From Octopus sinensis (lineage: Eukaryota): a stretch of 64,000 nt of DNA. A program made the position numbers and the translations under genes. This document shows, one piece after another, positions 1-10,945 of this stretch; position 1 is the stretch's first letter; every line of letters starts with the position of its first letter. The DNA lies in the NCBI RefSeq assembly GCF_006345805.1, contig NC_042999.1:151900001-151964000 (forward strand), read 5' to 3'. Under the pieces are notes generated by a model. The model had not been told where the DNA came from, searched no databases, and saw only the letters and a list, made by a program, of their open reading frames with translations.

Positions 1-965
1 TGTCCCTGGGAGCTCCTTTACGCTGACGACCTTGCTCTTATTGCGAGTCCTATCAGAACTGGAGGAGAAGTTCCAGGTGTGGAAGGAGGGTTTAGAATCA
101 AGGGCCTTAGAGTCAACCTAGCTAAAACCAAAGTACTAATAAGTAGAAGGTAGACAATCCACAAATATCTTCAGGAAGATGGCCTGCTCGATCTGTAGAA
201 AAGGTGTAGGTAGAAACTCTATAAGATGTACCCAGTGTAAGCTATGGACACATAGAGGTGCAGCAATGTCAAAGGTAGGCTAACTGGGAAGATAGTTTTG
301 TATGTGGCAGATGCTCGGGAGCATTAACCTCCGAAAATCTGCAGAAAACAACTTCCGTCACTTTCCAGGGGGAAAAACAGAAGTAGTTGATAGCTTCCGT
401 TATCTAGGTGACCAAGTCAGTAGTGGGGGTGGGTGCGCTGAAAGTGTAACTGCTAGAATAAGAATAGCCTGGGCAAAGTTTAGGGAGCTCTTACCTCTGC
501 TGGTGACTAAAGGCCTCTCGCTCAGAGTAAAAGGCAGACTGTATGATGCGTGTGTACGAACAGCCATGCTACATGGCAGCGAAACATGGGCTGTGACTGC
601 TGAGGACATGCGTAAGCTCGTGAGGAATGAAGCCAGTATGCTCCGATGGATGTGTAATGTCAGTGTACATACTCGACAGAGCGTTAGCACCTTGAGAGAA
701 ATGTTGTACCAAAGAAGCATCAGTTGTGGTGTGCAAGAGAGACGATTGCGCTGGTATGGTCATGTGGCGAGAATGGATGAAGATAGGTGTGTGAGAAAGT
801 GCCATCCCTAGCAGTTGAGGGAACCCGTGGAAGAGGTAGACCCAGGAAAACCTGGGACGAGGTGGTGAAGCACGACCTTCGAACTTTAGGCCTCACTGAG
901 GAAATGACCGAGACCGAGACCTTTGGAAATATTCTGTACGTGAGAAGACCAGGCAGGACAAGTGA
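1..965 (+). pseudogene. Frameshifted reverse transcriptase C-terminal ORF of the RTE LINE (stop TGA 963-965)
   Basis: ORF-track segments 302-811 and 787-1290 plus manual translation of 1-330. The frame is broken by several single-base deletions. Confidence 0.88.
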
Positions 966-1063
966 GCCCAGCCCACTTATGAATGCCTTTCCTCCCTTGG
1001 ACACAAGACCGTTTGAGGCAAGCGAAGTCGATATAGAACCTCATCCGACGACAGACACCCATC

Positions 1064-1658
1064 CCAACCCCCCATGCTTGCGAAGACATGTTGGGGCAAG
1101 CGAAATCGAAATCGAAATCGAAACCGAATTGAACCAGCCAGGATCCCTGGCCTGGTGGTACGTAAAAGCACTATCCGACTCGGGGCCGTGGCACGTAAAA
1201 TACTCCAATGCGACCGTACGACAGGCACCCATGCCAACCCCCTTTGCTTGTGAAGACATGTTGGGGCAAGCGAAATCGAAATCGAATTGAACCAGCCAGG
1301 ATCCCTGGTCTGGTGTACGTAAAGCACTATCCGACTCGTGGCCGTGGCACGTAAAACTCCAATGCGACCGTACGACAGGCACCCTTGCCAACCCCCTTTG
1401 CTTGTGAAGACATGTTGGGGCAAGCGAAATCGAAATCGAATTGAACCAGCCAGTATCCCTGGTCTGGTGGTACGTAAAGCACTATCCGACTCGTGGCCGT
1501 GGCACGTAAAATACTCCAATGCGACCGTACGACAGGCCCCCTTGCCAACCCCCTTTGCTTGTGAAGACATGTTGGGGCAAGCGAAATCGAAATCGAATTG
1601 AACCAGCCAGGATCCCTGGTCTGGTGGTACGTAAAAAGCACTATCCGACTCGTGGCCG
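1064..1658. repeat. Tandem array of a ~155-170 bp unit (about 4 copies) inside the RTE 3' UTR
   Basis: GCTTG(C/T)GAAGACATGTTGGGGCAAGCGAAATCG recurs at 1076, 1246, 1400 and 1557 (periods 170, 154, 157). Confidence 0.95.
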
Positions 1659-2029
1659 ATGCCAGCACCGCATCGACTGGCTTCCGTGCCGGTGGGACAT
1701 AAAATACACCAATCTGACCGTGGCCGTTGCCAGCCCCGCCTGGCACCTGTGCAGGTGGCACGTAAAAAGCACCCACTACACTCACGGAGTGGTTGGCGTT
1801 AGGAAGGGCATCCAGCTGTAGAAACATTGCCAAATTAGACTGGAGCCTGGTGCAGCCTTCTGGCTTCCCAGAACCCCGGTCGAACCGTCCAACCCATGCT
1901 AGCATGGAGAACGGACGTTAAACGACGATGATGATGATACATATACATATATAATGAATATATTGCCACATTAAAAACACCATTTGAATGTTGAGCCTCA
2001 TGGAGGAAGTGACAAGTGATTGAGACCTT

Positions 2030-2607
2030 CTAAACAGGGTCCTGATCAACTTCCAACTGTTCTTTCAGTTCATGACATGCATTCAGTTATGACTGCTTTT
2101 GATCTTCTGTGAACAAGTGAGGCACAAATTTTGCTGCAACTCTTTTCATTTGCAATTCCTTGTTCAAAATTCATTAGCAGGAGCTGCAAAATATACTGGT
2201 CATACCAACAAGTTTGTCAATTGTTTGGTGATGGTCCTCCATGATCAGTTCATGAATTTTTCATGATGTTTTCATTCGTTCAGGAGGTCAATGGTCACCC
2301 TGAACAAGGTTGGCCTTCAAGCAACAAATGACCGTTCCTAAAGCATGAAAACCTCTTGTAAACTTGTTTTTTGCTCATAGCAGTGTCCTCATAAGCAGTA
2401 TGAAGCATGACAGCTGTTTTGGCCTTCATTTCAGCCATCACGAAAATCAACAAATGGGGAGAAGCACTGCAAAACAAAAACACGCCACATAGTAGTATGT
2501 CTCAATCTTATGATGCCGGTTAGCAGACTGATGCCTGAGTGTCACATCAAGTGGCTCCTAGCAGCAGAAGCCTGAACTACACAAAAAACGTTTTGGGTAC
2601 CTCCTTG
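2030..2607 (-). mobile_element. Decayed mariner (Tc1/mariner) transposon, 5' fragment with N-terminal HTH region
   Basis: Minus strand reads AYEDTAMSKKQVYKRFSCFRNG..LEGQPCSG and EMKRVAAKFVPHLFTEDQKQ, typical mariner transposase N-terminal motifs, with stops. The end reads TA|CAAGGAGGTACCCAAAA on the minus strand. Confidence 0.8.
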
Positions 2608-2769
2608 TATATGCTTATAAATATATATAACCTCAATGCTTTTTTCCAAAACGTATTTTGGAAGTATAAAGGATTTGAATAACACCTGCATTTGACTCCA
2701 TTTCTTAATTTATATATATATATATATATATATACACTTTATTAAAAAGCAGCAAAAATATCACAAAAT

Positions 2770-2808
2770 CTGTTATTCAGAGTTTCACGCTCCCGTTCGT
2801 TGGACAGC
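2770..2808 (-). ncRNA. Degenerate hammerhead motif (opposite-polarity partner)
   Basis: Minus strand CUGU-CCAACGA-ACG(GGAG)CGU-GAAA-CUCUGAAU-A-ACAG. The core deviates from CUGANGA at two positions and stem III has one mismatch. Confidence 0.5.
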
Positions 2809-2828
2809 TTTGTTTAAAATCTAAACAG

Positions 2829-2870
2829 AACTGTCTGATGAACAGGAATGTGAAACTCTGAGTAACAGTT
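2829..2870 (+). ncRNA. Type I hammerhead ribozyme motif, apparently intact
   Basis: AACUGU-CUGAUGA-ACA(GGAA)UGU-GAAA-CU(CUG)AGU-A-ACAGUU: stem I 6 bp, full core, stem II 3 bp, stem III 3 bp. Predicted cleavage GUA| after 2864. Confidence 0.8.
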
Positions 2871-3469
2871 TTTGTGATATCTTTGCTGCTTTTTAATAAA
2901 GCTTATTATATACCTCTGGTATTTGAGTACTGTTTTTTCCACCTTGTTTCACATTTATGTACTAACTCTGGTTTATATATATATGTATATACATGGAGTC
3001 TGGTGCAGCCTTCTAGTTCACCAGCCCTGGTTAAACCATCCAACCCATGCCAGCATGAACAACAGATGTTAAATGATGATGATGATGCACATATAAACAT
3101 ACACACACATGCCCACACATACGCATATACATATATAATATAAAACAAATACAAGTGAGTATAGAACCATCCCACATGTTTGTGACTGAAGAATATATAT
3201 TTTCTCACAAGAGAACTTAACGAGTTGCTAGACATTGAGAGCAATGGCGTGAGTCTATGTGAGAAGTTGGGAAATATATGATGGAAACTGTACATCTGTA
3301 AAAACTCAGAAATTATAAAGTAGATGTAGAAAATATCTTGTTTGCAGATCTGGATGAAATTTCTCTTCTAAATGCCTCACTGGGACACATGTCTTCAGTA
3401 AGCTTTTACTTTGGAGTGAAGCAAATTACTACTCCTACACACACACACACACGCACACACTCACACACA

Positions 3470-3488
3470 CACACATTTATGCACATTT

Positions 3489-3519
<31 letters not shown>

Positions 3520-3546
3520 ATATATATATATACACATACTCATACA

Positions 3547-3598
<52 letters not shown>

Positions 3599-3668
3599 AT
3601 ACATATACATACATGCACATACTATATATATATTCACATATACATATACATACATACATATATATATA

Positions 3669-3709
<41 letters not shown>

Positions 3710-3710
3710 A
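3470..3710. repeat. (TA)n/(CA)n compound microsatellite
   Basis: Seen directly. Source of the poly-YI ORF artefacts. Confidence 0.95.
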
Positions 3711-5287
3711 ATACATGTTTACACATGCACACAAATATACATGTTTGTGTGTGGGCGTGCATATCAGTGAATGTGTGTGAGCATTTATTTTCCATCTGTT
3801 TTTCGCATTGGCACCATTTAGGCAATTTTGATCTCCTGCTTTGTAATTATCACTTTGTAATTTCATTGGTTCCATTGTGTAAAGAGCAGTGGAATGTACA
3901 ATGCCTTATTTAAAAAGAAACAAGTCAAAGCAGGTAATGATTGGCTGTAAGGAGGGCATCCAGCTATTGAATACAACTTTAATAAGTCTTGTCCAGTCTG
4001 TGCTTATATGGTAAAAGATGACTAAAAGTAACAATGATATACGCACACACATTCGTAAAAACATACAATATTCATAAGCAATGTATTGAGTAGGTGTATT
4101 CTCTGACATACTTCATTAACCATTACTCATGTACGTACACGATCATGAAGATTGATCACAGTTGTTTCTATGCATGTATCCAGCTTGATTTTGGAGGGAT
4201 AAGATGATCAAATAAGCTTCTTTTGATATTAACACTTGAGATTATAACGACCAATAGTATATTTTGTATTAACATGACTTCATAACAAATGTGTTGGATC
4301 AGTTATACTTGACAAGATGTAAATATTTTTGGTATATCTCAGAACAAACTAAAATTCAAATATGCCTTCCTGCACTTAACAATACAACATTGTTGTCATC
4401 CGTCTTCTGGAGATACAGAGTCACTATAGCAGCAAATCTTCTGTGTCTATGAAGGGCTTATCTCCTTTATTACTTTTACTGGTGTCCACCTGAATTTGCA
4501 AGGGTCAACATGCATCTGTTAGCATCTCTTTCTCTTTGATTTGTCTCTTTTGTTCTTAACCGTTGTGATTAATAAGGAACCATATGTCTGCAGATAATTA
4601 TGCTCTGTGTACCTTTGGCCTAGTGGTGACAGTTTGCAGGCAGGCTGTATGTACAGTTACTAGCTTCATTATCATCTGAGAAAGTCTCCTCGTTCTGTAG
4701 AGCAACATGTGGAATTTGTTTTGCAAATGTAAAAATGAGTATCCTGTACATGTCAAATTAAACATTTGCTGCTGTACAAGATTTGATGTTGGATCAGAAA
4801 AACAAATATGATTCAAATAACATGAATTCATACAAATTCCAAACTATTTTCTTCCTTTCTTATCGCCTGTTTTCTTGGTTTCTCTTGTCATTTTTACTCT
4901 TTTCTCCTTTGCTATTTTGCCCATTCTCTCCTTCCAATCAAACACATTATGCATATATTGGCGCTCAAAACTAAGTCTATAAACAACAAAACATCTATTC
5001 TGTGTTCTCTTCTATTCTAATAAGAATCAATACTAATCAATAGCAGAGTAGCCACGTAGTTGATAGGGCGTGTAATTGCATAGACAGTAGGTTCTCTTCC
5101 TTATAAAACACAAAAACAGCAGAAAACTTAGCTAAGAATGAAAGATCATGATTGCTGACGCTGTTGAAATGATAAAGGGGACACTTGTGGGATGGGAGAA
5201 TGTAAATTAGGTATGGTGAAAAGATATGGAATAGCTGGCTGTTAAGTTTATCAGAAAGAGACAAGCTAATATATAAATTTGTGCTTT

Positions 5288-5335
<48 letters not shown>

Positions 5336-5944
5336 AATCATTTGGTTTGAAATTTTGGCACAAGGTCAGCAAGTTCAATGGAGGGGGAAGTCATTTACAT
5401 TGTGCTCAACTGGTACGTGTTTTATTGACCCTGAAATGATGAAAGACAACTTTGGTGGAATTTGAACTCCGAATGTAAAGATGACCATTCTTAAAAGTGG
5501 TTAGCAAGCCATTCTAGAGAATCAAAGCCTCTACAAATTTCTTACTATTGTTCTGTACCATTAAGCTAAGTGACCCCTGACATCATCATAATAATCATCT
5601 AATGTCCATTTTTTCATGGTTCTATGGATCAGGTGGAATTTGTTAAGGTAGATTTTTCTGTGGCTGGATGCCCTTCCTAAACACTCACCTGTTTCCAAGC
5701 AAGACCAGACATGTCTTCCATGGAAGACTGAAAATGAATAACTATCACTTGTGTGATAGTCATGCTCGCTTACAACCATCAAATGATGCTAGTCAAGACA
5801 AGGGTACACACACGCATATATATATTTTATAATAATGATAATAGTAATAATTGATGAAGGAAATGGAAGATAGATTTGGCACTAGTTTTCATTCAATACA
5901 ATGATTATTTTGACCCATTCTGCTGCTGTCCTTTATGGGTTGGA

Positions 5945-5962
5945 TTAGGGTTAGGGTTAGGG
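5945..5962 (+). repeat. Short interstitial (TTAGGG)3
   Basis: TTAGGGTTAGGGTTAGGG with GGGTTGG-like flanks. Confidence 0.85.
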
Positions 5963-6127
5963 TTGGATATTGTGCATCTTAATTGTGTTGCATCAATCTG
6001 TGCAGTTTTCATCACATCAGGTGCATGCATAAAGAAGGGGGTATCCCGCTAGATATACTGAGATGTCCTAGATACATAGTTTGTGCTTGCTGTATCTTGG
6101 TTATAACTGGCTACAGTTGTATACATA

Positions 6128-6327
6128 TATATAGTTGAAATTTACAGAAAAACAAAAGATGAAGACAGGTTTATAAACAATAAGCAGGTGTATTAGTTTG
6201 ACGCCCGGGAAGGTGAGAAAGTCTTTTACGTTTCAGGCCTAGGGTTTTCAATAGAAAGGAACACAAAGAAATAAACAGAGACAGAATAAAAAAACTTTTG
6301 AATTTAGTGGTCAATCATGGTGGCTGA

Positions 6328-6330
<3 letters not shown>
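6128..6330 (-). mobile_element. Probable Penelope-like fragment with a decayed minimal hammerhead (6221-6260)
   Basis: Minus strand CTTT-CTATTGA-AAACCCTAGGCCT-GAAACGT-A-AAAG: stem I and the ACGT helix III are retained; core and stem II are decayed. Bordered by TA repeats. Confidence 0.4.
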
Positions 6331-6361
<31 letters not shown>

Positions 6362-6396
6362 ATATAGATATATATTTATATATATGCACACACACA

Positions 6397-6449
<53 letters not shown>

Positions 6450-6457
6450 ATATATAT

Positions 6458-6617
6458 GACGGGTTTCTATCAGTTTCCTTCTAACAGATCAACTCACAAG
6501 GCTTTGGTTGGCTTGAGGCTGTGGTAGAAGATACTTGCTTAAGTTACTACATAATGGGACTGAATCCAGAACCGTATGGTTGAGAAGCAAGCGTTTTACC
6601 ACACAGCCATACCTGCA

Positions 6618-6618
<1 letters not shown>
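6458..6618 (-). mobile_element. SINE family B, 5' part
   Basis: Reverse complement of the family B head (GGCTGTGTGGTAA..., GGTTCAGTCCC, CCTTGGGCAAGTGTCTTCTAC) seen at 14128 and many other loci. Confidence 0.8.
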
Positions 6619-6658
<40 letters not shown>

Positions 6659-7231
6659 TTTACTATTTTCCTAACATTCTGGTCTAACGACCCTCCATGT
6701 TTGTTTTCGCTTGGTTTCCTTGTATGTCTCCACTATCCCGTTTTTGTTCCCAACTTTGATCCTCCATAAATCCAAAATTTTATTTTGGAATTTATGGCAG
6801 CAACGGTCTTTGAAGATTCATATTGTCATTGAATGCTCGAAATGAGGAGTAGATAGACAGCCAACAACTGATGAAGTTCTCTGTGTTTACTTGTCCTGTT
6901 TTCCATTTTTTTCTTTCATTGTTTGCATATTTAACTTCATTGTTTTAAAATCCACTTTTCCGTGCTTGCATGGGTTGGATGGAATTCATTGAGGCAGATT
7001 TTTCTATGAGTGGATGCTCTTCATGCCATTAATCTTCACCTTGTTTCCAAGTAAGGTAACATTTACTCATAACAGACATGGTTTTCACAGAGGTTTGGTA
7101 ATAAAGGACACCACCTGCATGTCAGTGGCACTCGTTTACAACTATCATGTAGTGTCAAGGCAAGGCAAATACACATGTGCATGGGCACACACACACACAC
7201 ACACACGCACACACACATATATATTTATATA

Positions 7232-7637
7232 TATTCTTTTATTCTTTTACTTGTTTCAGTCAATTGACTGTGGCCATGTGAGGGCACTGCCTTTAATTGA
7301 GCAAATTGACCCCAGGACTTATACTTTGTAAGCCTAGTACTTATTCTATTGGTCTCTTTTGCCAAATCGTTAAGTTACAGGAACATAAACACACCAGCAT
7401 CGGTTGTCAAACAATGTTGGGGGGGGGACAAACACAGACACACAAACATACACACAGACACACACACACACACACACACACATACGACAGGCTTCTTACA
7501 GTTTCTATCTACCAAATTCACTCACAAGATTTTAGTCGACCCAAAACTATAATAGAAGACACGTGTCCATGGTGCCATGCAGTGGAACTGAGCCCACGAC
7601 TATGTGGCTGGTAAGCAAGTTACTTGCTACCACACAG
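7232..7637 (-). mobile_element. SINE family B, near full length
   Basis: Tail ATTCTTTTATTCTTTTACTTGTTTCAGTCA, body, internal (CA)n and head all match other copies. A second partial head follows at 7650-7800. Confidence 0.85.
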
Positions 7638-7879
7638 TGTATATATATACACCACAGGTGTCTTCCAGTTCCTGTTGACCAAATCCACTCAAGGTTTTGG
7701 TCAGCCCAGGACTATAGTAAAAGAGACTTACTCACGGTACTGCACAGTTTTATTGAACCCAGGACCATGTGGCTGAAAAGCAAACTTCTAATCACACAAT
7801 CACAAATATGTGTATGCATGTATGTATATATAATCATTAAATAATGATGATGATGACATGTAATCAAATATATATATCT

Positions 7880-8145
7880 AGTCCATACTGTAAAGTGGTT
7901 GCATTTGGAAGGGCATTCAGCTGTAAAGACCATGCCAAAACTGACCTCGTCTGTGCTTGTGCCATGTATAAAGCACTCAGTTCACTCTGGAAAATGGTTA
8001 GTGTTAGGAAGGGCATCTGGCTGTAAAACCCCTGTGAAAATAAATACAGAAGTATCTGGTGCAGGCTCCTGCCTGGCCAGCTCCTGTTAAACCATCCAAT
8101 CCAAACCAGCATGGAAAGCAGATTTTAAATGATGCTGATGATGAT
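7880..8145 (+). mobile_element. 5'-truncated RTE 3' tail(s)
   Basis: GGAAGGGCAT..AGCTGTA ... CCATCCAA..CAGCATGGA ... TTAAATGATG(C)TGATGATG, homologous to 1770-1938. Confidence 0.75.
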
Positions 8146-8410
8146 ATGGAATTTTCTTCCTACTTTAAACTACAAAAAGCTTCATAGCTGTTGTTGTTGT
8201 TGTCATTACATAACAGTTTTCTTCTAAATAAACATTATGTAAGTCAGTCTTTTTCTCCTGTGTGTTGACATAATAAAACACAGAAAACAGCAATTTGAGC
8301 ATGACTGAACACTGTGTTTTAATTTGTAACATTCCGAACATTTGACATCCATAAAGAAGAAACTATTCAAAGATTGTGCAAGTTAGCATTTCCTTGTTTC
8401 CATTTCTAAG

Positions 8411-8431
8411 GAAGGATGCTATAAATCTTTG
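8411..8431 (+). CDS. Candidate 21-nt microexon of an unidentified host gene
   Basis: TTTCCTTGTTTCCATTTCTAAG|...TTG|GTGAGT. Open as EGCYKSL or KDAINL. Splice-signal pattern only. Confidence 0.22.
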
Positions 8432-10019
8432 GTGAGTGACATTTCACTCTGTAATGATACATAGACAAAATCACCGAGGGACATGCGTATAGAGTCACAG
8501 ATATATGGATGTAGTTTTAAGGACTTAGAGATAGATATTTATATAATGACATTGATATTTAGGATATAGATATGGAGATAGAAGTGAATTATCTCATTTA
8601 TCATTAGTGTCAGTGACATACTGACAAGACTTATTTCTTTTCAAAGAAGGATATTCGCCCTCCTGTAAAGCCTCCAAAATGTGAGCTGAATGATTTTGTC
8701 AACATGTATTTTAAATTTAAGTTATAGCCATCATATGTAATATAATGAAGTGAAAAAATTTAATTATTCTGCAATGAAGGGAAGAAATATGGCTCAGTTA
8801 CCAATATCAATTTAATCTGATCTTAGAAACTAAGGGCAACAACTCTGGGTATGTTCCAAGCTTATTCCATCTCCTCAGCAAAGTATATGCCTTCTCTGTA
8901 CTTGTGAGATTAATGGTCAGAGAATCACTAAATTGATGTAGAATGAAGTACATATGTAAGTCCCAAAAATTCAAACCCAGTTGATTAATATAGGGGGATA
9001 CACTACAAAATATTCTATAAACAAATTCTAGAATGTTATGGAGAAACAATCCACTTCTGTATGACAGCAGGCCTTTGCAATGACTTGAGGTCAGAACTGC
9101 AAGCTAATGAAATGCTCATTGGTTATAATGCTACCCCAGTTTGAAGTTGATAACTGTATTTAACATAGTAGATACTTACAACTACATGGTCTGGGTCAGC
9201 AATCACAAGATTCATAGTCATGTACATATATTGTCATGCATACTATTCAGTGACCTTTGATCACCAGCTTGATACCTTTTTGGCTTAACATACCTTTCAG
9301 TTTTACTGAACCTACTCCTCAATGATTCCTATGTCCTCAACGTTGTTATGTTGCTATCATGCTATAATTCTGGTTAAAGAAACCAAACATTTTAATCTTA
9401 ATATGAATTTCTCAGTTACTAAGTTATTTTTAGAGGATTACGTAAAAGCAATTTTAAAACTCTACTGCAGTTGCCAATGTGTTTACCTTCACAACCTTCA
9501 TGTTCAGCTAAGGTTGTTCTGGGTGGTTTCCCAATTTTGAATCATAAACTCTCAAAATGTTATCAGAAGATTATGAACCTGAAAGGTAAAGAAATTTATT
9601 GTTCTTGATTAAGATGTATAAAATTTTCTTTCTGTAAATAATTCTTGTGGAAACATATGATGTTACTGTCTTCAAAGCAAGCCATTGATAATCAATACCA
9701 ATAATATTTTTAAAAAATATATAGTTAATTCCTTAATATAACTCATAAATGTTCTTAAAGAAAAAATGTTTTCTTGGATATCAAATAATTTGTAAATACT
9801 TTATTGTTTCATTTTAAACTTTACACATTGTTGCTGTGCTAAACAAATGTAAAGAAAAATTGTAGTTGTCAGTAACTAGAGTTGTTGAGTCACTCATCCA
9901 AAGTAGATATACTTAAAGCTACAAGAAAAACATTATAATGAAGTATGTTGTATGATGAAGGAAAGTTTTAACTTTGTGATAGTTGTGTATGAAACAATAT
10001 GACAGTTGTATTGTCATTA

Positions 10020-10945
10020 CTAACATCATTATCATCGTTTAATGTTTGCTTTTCATGCTGGCATGGGTTGGATGGTTTGACTGAAAACTGGTATGGGTGG
10101 GTGCACCTGGTTCCAATCTGATTTGGTAAGCTTTCATTGGCTGAATGCCCTTCCTAAAGCCAACCACTCCGAGAGTGTAGTGGGTGTTTTTTATGTGCCA
10201 CTGGCATGGGTGTCATTGACCTGACACCAGTATCGGCCGAAACTATGGTCTCACTTGGCTTGACAGGTCAACACAAGCATGATATATCGCCAAGGGTCTC
10301 AGTCACCTGTCATTGCCTCCATGAGGCCCAATGCTCAAACAGTGCTTTTTACATGCCATCAGCATGGGTGCCAGTAAGATGGCACTGCCATCAGCCATGA
10401 CTATGATTTCACTTGGCTTGACAAGTTTTCACAACCACAGCATGTTGCCCAATGATTGAAGGGTGCTTTTAATGGACCAGTTACGAGACACTGGCATAGG
10501 CCACAACTATGATCTCATTTTGCTTGATGAGTCTTCCCAAGCACGGCATATCACCAAAGGTCTCAGTCATTTGTCATTGTCTCTGTGAGATCCAACATTC
10601 AAAGATCATGCTTCATCACCTCATTTCACATCTTCCTGGGTCTACCTCTTCCACAAGTTCCCTCTACTGTAGAATGCAACACTTCTTCACACAGCTGTCC
10701 TCATCCATACGCATCACATGAACATACTACTACAGTCATCTCTCTTGCACACCACATCTGATGCTTCTTATGGCCAACTTTTTTCTTGGGACATTTACAC
10801 TCTGTCATGCATACACGCTGACATTACACATCCAGCGGAGCATACTAGCTTCATTTCTTACAAGCCTACACATGTCCTCAGCACTCACAGCCCGTGTTTC
10901 ACTACCATTTAGCATGGCTGTTCACACACAAGCATCCTACAGTCA
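10020..10945 (-). mobile_element. Older RTE LINE 3' fragment (ORF end, modular UTR and tail)
   Basis: Minus strand 10560-10945 is homologous to 538-915 (DACV.TAML.GSET, MLRWMCNV, GRGRPRK) with stops. (CAT)n-type tail at 10020. Confidence 0.88.

Larger units (their letters stand above)
1..1938 (+). mobile_element. RTE-clade non-LTR retrotransposon (LINE), 3' portion: RT C-terminus, 3' UTR and (GAT)n tail; continues beyond the window start
   Basis: Translates to CPWELLYADDLALIA (RT YADD motif), GLRVNLAKTKVL, FRYLGDQVSSGGG, LYDACVRTAMLHGSETWAV, RRLRWYGHVARM and GRGRPRKTWDEVVKHDL. Ends ...GGACGTTAAACGACGATGATGATGAT. CpGs are largely intact. Confidence 0.93.
2737..2901. mobile_element. 165-bp palindromic element with divergent hammerhead motifs; probable Penelope-like derivative next to a (TA)n tract
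   Basis: Arms 2737-2817 and 2821-2901 are inverted repeats (69/81 identical, no indels). A homologous copy with the same ~70-bp downstream flank is at 47092-47327. Confidence 0.85.

Noticed and set aside
1246-1280. Hammerhead-like GUGAAGA...GAAA and HDV-like GGGCAA/GCGAA words in the 155-bp unit
   Set aside because: C3 is missing, stem II does not close next to the core, and I could not build P1/P3/L3 of an HDV fold.
1064-1658. CRISPR-like appearance of the tandem units (also 37945-38910)
   Set aside because: The whole unit repeats; there are no unique spacers and no cas genes, and the context is eukaryotic.
8960-9150. Faint RT-like peptide KIFYKQILECYGETIHFCM
   Set aside because: It resembles LINE RT IF.LKQILEK only loosely. 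Too short and degenerate to call without a search.
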